64,000 nucleotides of DNA from positions 85,746,001-85,810,000 of the forward strand of contig OZ024745.1 of NCBI GenBank assembly GCA_964016885.1, written 5' to 3'. This stretch comes from Eledone cirrhosa. Lineage: Eukaryota. Below, one piece after another: positions 42,601 through 54,982 of this stretch. Every line of letters starts with the position of its first letter. The first letter of the stretch is position 1. Made by a program: the position numbers and the translations under genes. Below the pieces are notes generated by a model that saw only the letters and a list, made by a program, of their open reading frames with translations, searched no databases and was not told the origin of the DNA.

Positions 42601-44975
42601 AATACTAGTATGTATATGAATACACACACGTATACATATGTAGATGTACCAAGTTTTTTCACTGGTCACTTTACTGTGAGTGGCCAGCTATTCTGTATGT
42701 AAACACACAGACAAACCGGTTTTTAGAGTCATACTGGTTTTTGAGGAAACACCTTTCCTCTATTCTCCAGAAAGCCAGACAAGGAATATTGAACTAGTTT
42801 CGTTGTTGTTACAACTCATCAGCAATATTTACCTATCTTCCGGCCTCTCTAGAGAATCGTAAAAGCACATATCGTTATATGCTTTTTCTATGAAAATTAG
42901 TAGTGGGCAGACTAATTTGCATAGAGTGTGAGTAAGTACCGGTTCAACGGAGACGATAAAAACAAATAACGAAACAAAATTAAATTTTGTTTCGTTTGTA
43001 ACTCACTTTTGTATGACTGACGCTTAAACAATTAAGTTAAAGATGTACATCCATATATGTATACTGAAATACTAGTATGTATATGAATACACACACGTAT
43101 ACATATGTAGATGTACCAAGTTTTTTCACTGGTCACTTTACTGTGAGTGGCCAGCTATTCTGTATGTAAACACACAGACAAACCGGTTTTTAGAGTCATA
43201 CTGGTTTTTGAGGAAACACCTTTCCTCTATTCTCCAGAAAGCCAGACAAGGAATATTGAACTAGTTTCGTTGTTGTTACAACTCATCAGCAATATTTACC
43301 TATCTTCCGGCCTCTCTAGAGAATCGTAAAAGCACATATCGTTATATGCTTTTTCTATGAAAATTAGTAGTGGGCAGACTAATTTGCATAGAGTGTGAGT
43401 AAGTACCGGTTCAACGGAGACGATAAAAACAAATAACGAAACAAAATTAAATTTTGTTTCGTTTGTAACTCACTTTTGTATGACTGACGCTTAAACAATT
43501 AAGTTAAAGATGTACATCCATATATGTATACTGAAATACTAGTATGTATATGAATACACACACGTATACATATGTAGATGTACCAAGTTTTTTCACTGGT
43601 CACTTTACTGTGAGTGGCCAGCTATTCTGTATGTAAACACACAGACAAACCGGTTTTTAGAGTCATACTGGTTTTTGAGGAAACACCTTTCCTCTATTCT
43701 CCAGAAAGCCAGACAAGGAATATTGAACTAGTTTCGTTGTTGTTACAACTCATCAGCAATATTTACCTATCTTCCGGCCTCTCTAGAGAATCGTAAAAGC
43801 ACATATCGTTATATGCTTTTTCTATGAAAATTAGTAGTGGGCAGACTAATTTGCATAGAGTGTAAGTACCGGTTCAACGGAGACGATAAAAACAAATAAC
43901 GAAACAAAATTAAATTTTGTTTCGTTTGTAACTCACTTTTGTATGACTGACGCTTAAACAATTAAGTTAAAGATGTACATCCATATATGTATATGTACAT
44001 CCATATATGTATACATATATGGATGTACATCTTTAACTTAATTGTTTAAGCGTCAGTCATACAAAAGTGAGTTACAAACGAAACAAAATTTAATTTTGTT
44101 TCGTTATTTGTTTTTATCGTCTCCGTTGAACCGGTACTTACACTCTATGCAAATTAGTCTGCCCACTACTAATTTTCATAGAAAAAGCATATAACGATAT
44201 GTGCTTTTACGATTCTCTAGAGAGGCCGGAAGATAGGTAAATATTGCTGATGAGTTGTAACAACAACGAAACTAGTTCAATATTCCTTGTCTGGCTTTCT
44301 GGAGAATAGAGGAAAGGTGTTTCCTCAAAAACCAGTATGACTCTAAAAACCGGTTTGTCTGTGTGTTTACATACAGAATAGCTGGCCACTCACAGTAAAG
44401 TGACCAGTGAAAAAACTTGGTACATCTACATATGTATACGTGTGTGTATTCATATACATACTAGTATTTCAGTATACATATATGGATGTACATCTTTAAC
44501 TTAATTGTTTAAGCGTCAGTCATACAAAAGTGAGTTACAAACGAAACAAAATTTAATTTTGTTTCGTTATTTGTTTTTATCGTCTCCGTTGAACCGGTAC
44601 TTACTCACACTCTATGCAAATTAGTCTGCCCACTACTAATTTTCATAGAAAAAGCATATAACGATATGTGCTTTTACGATTCTCTAGAGAGGCCGGAAGA
44701 TAGGTAAATATTGCTGATGAGTTGTAACAACAACGAAACTAGTTCAATATTCCTTGTCTGGCTTTCTGGAGAATAGAGGAAAGGTGTTTCCTCAAAAACC
44801 AGTATGACTCTAAAAACCGGTTTGTCTGTGTGTTTACATACAGAATAGCTGGCCACTCACAGTAGAGTGACCAGTGAAAAAACTTGGTACATCTACATAT
44901 GTATACGTGTGTGTATTCATATACATACTAGTATTTCAGTATACATATATGGATGTACATCTTTAACTTAATTAT

Positions 44976-45502
44976 ATTATCTATATTATATATTATATAT
45001 ATATTATATATATTATATATTATATATTATATATATATATATATATTAAATATATTATATATATATTATATATATATTATATATATATATTATATATAAT
45101 ATATATATATATATATAATTACGGGGGTCGATAAAATAAAGTACCAGTAATACACTGGGATAATTTCTGGCCTTGTGCCAATAGTAAAAACAATTATATA
45201 TATATTATATTTATATATTATATATATTATATATATATTATATATATATTATATATATATATTATATATATATTATATATATATTATATATATATTATAT
45301 ATATTATATATATATTATTTATATATATATTATATACATATTATATATTATATATATATTATATATATATATATTATATATATATATTATCTATATTATA
45401 TATTATATATATATTATATATATTATATATTATATATTATATATATATATATATATTAAATATATTATATATATATTATATATATATTATATATATATAT
45501 AT

Positions 45503-45533
<31 letters not shown>

Positions 45534-45950
45534 ATTACGGGGGTCGATAAAATAAAGTACCAGTAATACACTGGGATAATTTCTGGCCTTGTGCCAATAG
45601 TAGAAACAATTATATATATATTATATTTATATATTATATATATTATATATATATTATATATATATTATATATATATATTATATATATATTATATATATAT
45701 TATATATATATTATATATATTATATATATATTATTTATATATATATTATATATATATTATATATTATATATATATATTATATATATTATATATTATATAT
45801 ATATTATATATATTATATATTATATATTATATATATATATATATATTAAATATATTATATATATATTATATATATTATATATTATATATATATTATATTT
45901 ATATATAATATATATTATATATATATTATATATATATTATATATATATAT
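44976..45950 (+). repeat. Tandem duplication of about 416 bp: SINE 3' fragment (45121-45195, 45537-45612) plus degenerate TA sequence
   Basis: Near-identical ORFs at 45175 and 45591. Confidence 0.75.
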
Positions 45951-46031
45951 TATATATATATTATATATATATTATATATATATTATATATATTATATATA
46001 TATTATTTATATATATATTATATATATATTA

Positions 46032-46083
<52 letters not shown>

Positions 46084-46093
46084 TATATATATA

Positions 46094-46805
46094 CGGAAAA
46101 AATGAAGCAAAATTTTATTTCCCACTCTTAGTAAGGCTGTTACTTAAATATAAGTATGTACACGTACATACATATATGTATACAGACTTACAGTAGTATG
46201 TATATATATATACATACATGCACACATATATATATGTACCGTATGGATTCACTGAACATTTATTATAATGCTCGGTGAGGTTTGTAAACAAACATCCCGC
46301 AATAAGCCGTAGTGTCCAGCAACCATCGTTGCTCGTTTGTTCAACACTGACAAAGGAACGCTGTACTAGTTTCAAGCTTATTAGCTATCGTCAGCAACGT
46401 ATACCTTCCTGCCAGATAGTTGAACGTATATACTTACCTTATGCATATTAACAGCTGAGAAGCCCAATTTGCATATCGAGTGGGTTAATCGGCCGGGTGC
46501 ACCGAAAACGATAAACGGAAAAAATGAAACGAAATTTCATTTCTCACTCTTAGTACGGCTGTTACTTAAATATAAGTATGTACACGTACATGCATATATG
46601 TATACAGACGTACAGTAGTATGTATATATATATACATACATGTACACATATATATATGTACGTATGTTTACAAACACACCGAGCATTATAATAAATGTTC
46701 GGTGAATCCATACGTACATATATATATGTGTGCATGTATGTATATATATATACATACTACTGTACGTCCGTATACAAATATGTATGTACGTGTACATACT
46801 TATAT
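46094..46805 (-). mobile_element. Second retrozyme-like family: 422-bp unit, 1.35 copies plus terminal inversion (46665-46805)
   Basis: Unit start cggaaaaaatgaa at 46094 and 46516; HHR and octamer present; (TA)n flanks. Confidence 0.82.
46358..46400 (-). ncRNA. Type I hammerhead ribozyme (422-bp family)
   Basis: acgttg-CTGACGA-t-agct-aata-agct-t-GAAAC-TA-GTA-cagcgt. Confidence 0.82.
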
Positions 46806-47530
46806 ATATATTATATATATTATATATATACATATTATATATATTATATATATATATATTATATATATTATATATATATTTTATATATTATATATATATT
46901 ATATATTATATATATATATTATATATATTATATATATATATATCATATATATTATATATATATAGTATATATTATATATATATATATTATATATATATAT
47001 TATATATATATATATATTATATATATATATATATTATATATATTATATATATATATTATATATATATATTATATATATTATATATATATTATATATATTA
47101 TATATATTATGAATATATATATTAAATATATATTATATATATTATATATATATATTATATATATTATATATATATATTACATATATATTATATATATATA
47201 TAATATATATACTATATATATATATTATATATATATATTATATATATTATATATATATTATATATATATATTATATATATATATATTATATATATATATA
47301 TATATTATATATATATATAATATATATATATATAATTATATATATATATTATATATATATTATATATATTATATATATATATATTATATATATTATATAT
47401 ATATATTATATATATATTATATATTTTATATATATATTATATATATATATATTATATATATATATATATTATATATATATAATATATATTATATATATAT
47501 TATATATATATATTATATATATATTATATA
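46806..47530. repeat. Long degenerate (TA)n microsatellite; similar tracts include 761-821, 4354-4622, 25847-26405, 28330-28597, 31220-31725, 36301-36512, 53200-53728, 57400-58298
   Basis: Directly visible. Confidence 0.95.
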
Positions 47531-49652
47531 AAACGCAGGGGAAGGAATAGAAGACGTGATAGTACCTTCTTTAACCCGCCCTTCAACTCTAATGTTACTA
47601 CAGACCTCCCCAAATCTTTTTTCTTTTTAATAGATAAGAACTTCCAGGTTTTAGGTACGGTAGTGTCATCAATAAGAATACTATCAAGCTATCGTACTCA
47701 ACAACCCCTAATCTGGCCTCTCACCTAGCTAAGACCAATAAGAGTAAGATTAAAGAGGGACTTAAGGCCATCCGAAATAGTGAACCACGCCAGTACACAC
47801 GACAACACGGGACCAACCCACTGAGTGAAAGACCCAGGGGGATAACAGGCAATAGAACCGGTCCCAATAGGCAGCCCCGCGGCTGCTTGGAGGGACATGC
47901 ACCCATGATTGAGGAGCATGACCCTATTAAAAAGTGTAATTGCAGAAGGAAGGACAAATGCCCACTAGCTGGACATTGCCTTATTAGGAGCGTGGTATAT
48001 GCTTGTAACGTAACCACAGACACGTATACTAAGACGTATGTGGGATCAACCGCTAACCAGTTCAAGACGAGATTCAACGCCCACCAGAATAGCTTCCGGT
48101 ATGAGAAGCTTAAAAATACCACGTCGTTAGCGGGGCACATACATAACTTAAAACAAACAAAAACCCCCTACACACTAAGCTCCTCCATATAGCTCGTTGA
48201 GCAGGTTTTGTAGCTTGTGCCTATCTCAATCTCATGCCATAGTATTCTCAGGACTCAAATTGCTCAACAGGAGATCAGAAATCTTCTCGTCCTGCCCCCA
48301 TACTATACTTAGCTCTTTCTTTTTCTTCAGACCAGACACATATCCCTGACACCACCCTGTCCCTCACTTGGCGGCCCCGCTGGCGAACCGGGTGCTCTTT
48401 AGTAACCCCGGCCGCATTGATGCCTCGGCTCCCCGATTGCCGATGGGGACTCTGGTGAGGAACAGACGACCCTGTGTCCCACTTGGCAACTTGGGATTGG
48501 TGGCAGCATTGTTGCTGGGCACCCTGGGGGCAGCTGATGCCTGCGTGTAGGACATTGTGAGTGCCTGGACCCACGTTGACTAATCTGGGAAGGTGCCGTC
48601 GGAGATGTATGTCAGCAAACTCGGGAACATGCCCAGGGAAACAGTAACAAAACACCCAATATGGTGGCCGCTCCCTGCCTATAACCAATCAACCCCCGCC
48701 CCCTCCTCTAGTAAACCCCCGCCCAAATAGATGCCCCTCCCCATTCTCCCCCACTCACTTCTTTTGAGTTAGTTCTTCTTTATTATTAGTGATTAGTTCT
48801 TTAATAATAGGGATTTTTTTATATTTTACCACAGTTGACTTAATGGGCTTGGAGAGTTGACTCCCTTGATGTCTGACCAGTCGATAAGTCAGGGGTTGTG
48901 CCCCTTGAACAGGGGTGTGTCTAACTGGTCTACCTGCTGTCTGCTACTACGCGAGACCGGACACGGTCGTAGCCACAGGCCAGCGCGTGCGCGATAGCAT
49001 AGAATATATATTTTCTGCTAGTCACCCCGTGTAATATGATACCCCAAGATTCCATGCATGAGATTCACCGAAGCATGCGCAGTCTTAACCGGGAGATGAC
49101 ATGCGAACTTGAAAATACCACAAGAAAGACCCTTTGGATAGCGTAGACGCCGGACCATACCCGAAAATATATACCCTGATCTGTCTTGAATATACAGGGC
49201 TGACAGAATATGGATAACACGACCACCATCTAAGCTGGAACCGACCCATACAGCAAACAAAGAGGGGACAGCCCTTCGCATTTGACCAGTCGCGTGTAGG
49301 CTTGGAGTTCGTAGTACACCACCCCAGTCAAATCCACACTGGTTTTTTTACCAATATAGCATGTAGACCAATACATCCTATGTAGCGAGACCTTGGATTT
49401 AGAACCGGCAGGCTGATCTATCGCAAGCGCGTGCAACCCCCAAAACTAAAAGATCGAACGGACCACACCCAGCAACCACTAGCTATTTGATCCACAGGTA
49501 CATTTCCCAGAGAGTCCACACAGCTGATAGTGAATCACAGTTGATCCGTGGACTATGAACTTTTAAACAAGACCAACTGTGCCTGGAGCTATGCAGATGA
49601 CTACATACGCATAATGGATATCGCACCCACAAGGTCACCAGTACTGTTCATC

Positions 49653-49902
49653 CTGCTGTATGTATGTAAATATCCGTGCGCGGGATATCCCTGAGTACAT
49701 TTTCTTGACCATCAATTGTTAATTGATTATTTGTTAATTAGGCAGGAATATAACATTAAGTCTGTGTTAATCCTATGTGTTGCTGTATGTGTGTAAAGTA
49801 TCCGAGCGCGGGATATCCTGAGCAAATTTTGCCTGACTGTTAATAGTGTATTGATTACTTGTTAATTAGGCAGGAATATATTATTATGTCTTTGTTAATC
49901 CT
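49653..49902 (+). repeat. Two diverged direct repeats of about 128 bp
   Basis: tgctgtatg..tatccg(t/a)gcgcgggatatcc..ttgttaattaggcaggaatata..tgttaatcc occurs twice. Confidence 0.8.
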
Positions 49903-50888
49903 TAATTTTTTGATAGTACATTATTAGATTATGGAAAGCTACCTTATACCTTCTTAAAAATACATTTTATAATTGTCTTTTTGCTTATGTATTTTCTTAT
50001 TTACCACTTTCTTTAATCTTGCCCAACTTGATAAACTCTTTGAATTGCTCCCTAATTAAATTACTTAAATTACTTAAATTATTGTATCTATTATGCCTAA
50101 GTTGTGTCTGTTGAAGCAGCCCTTTGAAAATTCCTCGGATATCCCAAATACCGTAATTTTTAACTTTTAATTTATAATTTTCCTCAATTCGTTTATATAT
50201 ATCCTTAAGGGCTCTCTAAAATTTTAATTTTTCGAAGGGTCTCTCGGAGGAAGCTCCTATTAAAAATATTAAAGGGGCCTTTTCTGAGAGATTTATTGAA
50301 GGCTCTTTGAATTAACCTTTAATTGATTAGTTTCTTTCAACTTAGTAGGGAATATCAAAACCTCGTAAGTTTTCTGAAATTTGTTAACGTGATCTCGGGG
50401 GAAGAAAGTTTTTTTCTTTCGAAAAATATTTTTTTCTATCGAAGAAATTTCTTAGCAAACTTTATATTTTTAGGGAAACTCTATATTTTTTTATTATTTA
50501 TTTTTTTTTATTTTATTTTATTTTATTTTATTTTATTTTATTTTATTTTATTTTATTTTATTTTATTTTATTTTATTAGCCTCTTAATTTCTCCTAGTTT
50601 ATTAGGTTTATTGGAGCCTGTAAGCTTTATGCACTTATTGAGGGATTTTTTAAGGTGCTTCTACGGGATCCCAAGTCTTCTAATTTAATCTTTACTTTTA
50701 ATGCGTAAATTATATATTATCTAATTTTTAACCTTCAATCCCTGACCCCGACAACTAATATAAAAGAGCCCCCTTAGAATATAGACCCCAACTATACAAG
50801 CAAAGCTGCTGATGTATACCACAATTTCAAACTGCTAGTCTTGAGTGATACGTTGATGTAAATAATAATCTTACAATCACTTGTTATA

Positions 50889-50935
50889 TGCCTTGAAAAG
50901 TCCCACCATATGGTCGGACGAAACGGCTGTCGGCA
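50889..50935 (+). ncRNA. Degenerate type I hammerhead (core TTGAAAA)
   Basis: tgcc-TTGAAAA-gtcc..ggac-GAAAC-ggct-GTC-ggca. Confidence 0.65.
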
Positions 50936-51158
50936 ATAAACTTGTTATAATGTCATAATAGTTCCTGTGTTCTTTTTCACTAATATTTCTGCTCTGCTTA
51001 CACGCATAGAGCTTAACTAGCTACCGTCACAAATTTGGTAGGTCAGACGTGATCATCGCGATTCACATACGACCTACCATACATCTTGCTTATATTATAT
51101 ATATATATATTATATATATTATATATATATTATATATATATTATATATATATATATAT

Positions 51159-51190
<32 letters not shown>

Positions 51191-51390
51191 ATTATATATA
51201 TAAATTAATAAAAACAATGAATAAAAACAAAGAAACAGTTCATTATATTTAAAAATTCATCATTTTACGATCGTTTCTAGGATATATATGTGTGTGTTGG
51301 TATCTATATCATAGATCTATGTAAACATTTTCCAAAATATCAGAGGAAATATACATACCTACACATATATATGCTGTCTTCACAAATAAT

Positions 51391-51573
51391 TGTTTCTACT
51401 TTAGGCACAAGGCCAGCAATTACCCAGTGCATTACTGGTACTTTATTTTATCGACCCCGTAAGGATGAAAGGCAAAGTCAACCTCGGCGGGATTTGAACT
51501 CAGATCGTAAAGGGACGTAACTATGCTGGAAAGCATGGCGTCCGACCCTCTACCGATACTGCCAATCCACCGC
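51391..51573 (-). mobile_element. Full-length tRNA-derived SINE with an imperfect target-site duplication of about 18 bp
   Basis: A box TGGCAGTATCGG, B box GAGTTCAAATCC; flanks gctgtcttcacaaataat / gctgtgttcagaaataat. Confidence 0.88.
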
Positions 51574-53005
51574 TGTGTTCAGAAATAATGATATTTGTTT
51601 ATTGAAAAAAAGCAACAAAGATTTAATATAATTGGTCTGTTTGGGAACAGGTTTTGAATTGACCAATAGAAAAGTAGTAAGTGGTCAAGTTGATAGAATA
51701 GTAGTAGTAGAAATTTAATTTAGGGGTAGAGGAATGCAGAATTAAGTTTTAAATGGAAAGAATACTTTGAATGAAAAGATTACTTTGGGGATGAAAAGAG
51801 GTCAAGCCGTTGAAAGGTACACGAAAATTTGATGTTATTAAAGAATAATGCTAGTGTTAAAATCGAAGGAGAATAAAATTTTAGGGTAAATGCGTTAGTG
51901 AGAAATACCGATCTTATTTAAAATACAAGGAATTTAGATCTATAACAAGAAATTAAATTAATTTAATTGATAGGTATACTTATAGGGATAAATTTATATT
52001 AATTCATATAGATGTGATAAATAAGAGTTAGATGTTATTAAAGAATGTTGTTAAAAACGAAGGAAAAAATTGTTCGGGATAAATGTATTAGTGAGAAATA
52101 ACAAACTTATATATACTACAAGGAGTTTAGATTCATAACATGAAATTAAAATAGTTTATATGTATTCTTGTCGCTTATTTAATAGGATATCCTTAGATTT
52201 CATTATCCTTAGATTAATATCCTATTAAATAAGCGACAAGAATTAATTATATCGTGCAATCATAGAATTAGAAGAACTTTCAAATATTATAAACCTAATT
52301 AATATGCACCATACACTTATATTTTACAAATTATTATAATTAGTTTTTTTAATTTAGGTAACCTATAATTAGTATTTTACTACTGAGAACTTCATAATTT
52401 TATTTCCCTTTTACAGCTCTCTTTTCCTAAAATTAATACCTATAAGTATACATATAAACTATTTTAATTTCCTGTTATGAATCTAAATTCCTTGTAGTAT
52501 ATATAAGTTTGTTATTTCTCACTAATACATTTATCCCCTCAAAAAAATATTTTTATTTTGTTAACAACATTCTTTAATAACTCTTATTTATCACATCTAT
52601 ATGAATTAATATAAATTTATCCCTATAAGTATACCTATCAATTAAATTAATTTAATTTCTTGTTATAGATCTAAATTCCTTGTATTTTAAATAAGATCGG
52701 TATTTCTCACTAACACATTTACCCTAAAATGTTATTCTCCTTCGAGCATTATTCTTTAATAACATCAAATATTCGTGTACCTTTCACCGGCTTGACCTCT
52801 ATTCATCTCCAAAGTAATCTTTTCATTCAAAGTATTCTTTCCATTCAAAACTTAAGTCTGCATTCCTCTACCCCCAAATTAAATTTCTACTACTACTATT
52901 CTATCAACTTGACCACTTACTACTTTTCTATTGGTCAATTCAAAACCTGTTCCCAAACAGACCAATTATATTAAATCTTTGTTGGTTTGTTCAATAAACA
53001 AATAA

Positions 53006-53141
53006 CATTATTTCTGAAGACAGCATATATATGTGTAGGTATGTATATTCCCTCTGATAGTTTGTAAAAATTTTACATAGATCTATATGATATACATACC
53101 AACACACACATATATATCCTAGAAACGATCGTAAAATGATG
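53006..53141 (+). ncRNA. Type I hammerhead with about 100-nt stem II (family F); second copy at 53802-53937
   Basis: cattattt-CTGAAGA-..atatatatgtgt..acacatatatat..-GAAAC-gatc-GTA-aaatgatg. Confidence 0.8.
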
Positions 53142-53408
53142 ATTTTTTTAATATAAGGAGCTGTTTCTTTGTTTTTATTCATTATTTTTATTAATTTATA
53201 TATATATAATATATAATATATATATATTATATATACATATATATATAATATATATAATATATATATAATCTATATATATATATATAATATATATATATAT
53301 ATGATATATATAATATATATTTATATATATAATATATATATATATAATATATATATAATTTATATATATATATATAATATATATATATATATAATATATA
53401 TATATAAT

Positions 53409-53465
<57 letters not shown>

Positions 53466-53524
53466 TATAATATATATAATATATATAATATATATATATA
53501 TATAATATATATATATATTTATAC

Positions 53525-53557
<33 letters not shown>

Positions 53558-53728
53558 ATATATATCATATATATATATAATATATATAATAATATATGTA
53601 ATATATATAATATATATATATATATAATATATGTATACATATATATATGTATATATATATATAATATATATCATATATATATATAATATATATAATATAT
53701 ATATATACATAATATAAATATATATATA

Positions 53729-54119
53729 TTGGTCAATTCAAAACCTGTTCCCAAACAGACCTATTATATTAAATCTTTGTTGCTTTTTTTCAATAAACAA
53801 ATATTATTTCTGAAGACAGCATATATATGTGTATGTATGTATATTTCCTCTGATACTTTGTAACATTTTTACATAGATCTATATGATATACATACCAACA
53901 CATACATATATATCTTAGAAACGATCGTAAAATAATGAAATTTTAATATAAGGAACTGTTTCTTTGTTTTTCTTCATTGTTTTTATTAATTTATCTTGAC
54001 TCTGTTTTCCTGTGATTTTCATCGAAAAAAGATTTGAATACATCTCTTTTCACGATATTTAGATTACATTGAGTTCTTCATAAGGATTGGACACTACCGT
54101 ATATTTTGGTAGATTTATC

Positions 54120-54120
<1 letters not shown>
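53729..54120 (+). mobile_element. Family F 3' terminus copy
   Basis: Matches 52931-53198 and continues into sequence seen at 26412-26550 (-). Confidence 0.78.
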
Positions 54121-54198
<78 letters not shown>

Positions 54199-54262
54199 AT
54201 ATATATATTATATATTATATATATTAAATATATATATATATATTATATATATATATATTATA

Positions 54263-54345
<83 letters not shown>

Positions 54346-54349
<4 letters not shown>

Positions 54350-54813
54350 ATTAAATAAATGGAAAACTATATTTATAAAACCATATCTATTTCATTATAT
54401 ATATTTCGGGGATATCATATTAACAATATGCTATGCCTTCATCAGACAAAATACAATATAAACAGTTTTATAGATAAATATATTCGACATACCGTAATAA
54501 ACATCAACTTCATTTGAAGAGGTTTACGCTAGCAGGACTGCTAGCGTAAACCTCTTCAAATGAAGTTGATGTTTATTACGGTATGTCGAATATATTTATC
54601 TATAAAACTGTTTATATTGTATTTTGTCTGATGAAGGCATAGCATATTGTTAATATGATATCCCCGAAATATATATAATGAAATAGATATGGTTTTATAA
54701 ATATAGTTTTCCATTTATTTAATATTGTAAATATACTCCAAATATTTGTCGAGTGCTTTTATATCAGTTATAAATATTTACTAGTTGTAACCCAACAATT
54801 TTAAATATAACTT

Positions 54814-54816
<3 letters not shown>
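54346..54816. mobile_element. C2 pseudo-LTR as a near-perfect palindrome (centre about 54536) with HHRs at 54389-54452 (-) and 54621-54684 (+)
   Basis: ..tttacgctagcag-ga-ctgctagcgtaaa..; attttgt-CTGATGA..GAAA-tatata-TA-atgaaat. Confidence 0.85.
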
Positions 54817-54853
<37 letters not shown>

Positions 54854-54982
54854 GTATATATATTATATATATATATATTATATATATATTTATATTTTAT
54901 ATATATTATATATATATATATTATATTTATATATATATATATATTTTAAATATGTATATATATATATATGTATATAATAATA

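Larger units (their letters stand above)
39222..44972. repeat. 467-bp tandem array, retrozyme-like: 10 full units plus a partial unit, then an inverted arm of about 2 units (44012-44972)
   Basis: Period of 467 visible from identical ORFs at 39411+467n; symmetry centre at 44011/44012; one HHR per unit. Confidence 0.95.
47531..51090 (+). mobile_element. 5'-truncated PLE: endonuclease region (47531-48348) followed by about 2.7 kb of putative 3' UTR ending with a degenerate HHR
   Basis: FFNPPFNS, CNCRRKDKCPLAGHC, VVYAC..YVGSTANQFKTRFNAH, CSLC..LLNRRSEIFSSCPH; assigning the whole downstream part to this element is inferred. Confidence 0.7.
51200..53200. mobile_element. Family F non-coding HHR element as an inverted repeat of about 1 kb arms (centre near 52205)
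   Basis: 51200-52190 is the reverse complement of 52226-53200, apart from a SINE in the left arm and about 210 extra bp in the right arm. Confidence 0.8.

Noticed and set aside
39222-44972. CRISPR array
   Set aside because: Units are entirely identical with no variable spacers, no cas genes, and the context is eukaryotic
48275-48688. 137-aa minus-strand ORF as a captured gene
   Set aside because: Non-ATG start, no recognisable motif, and a length expected by chance in GC-rich sequence
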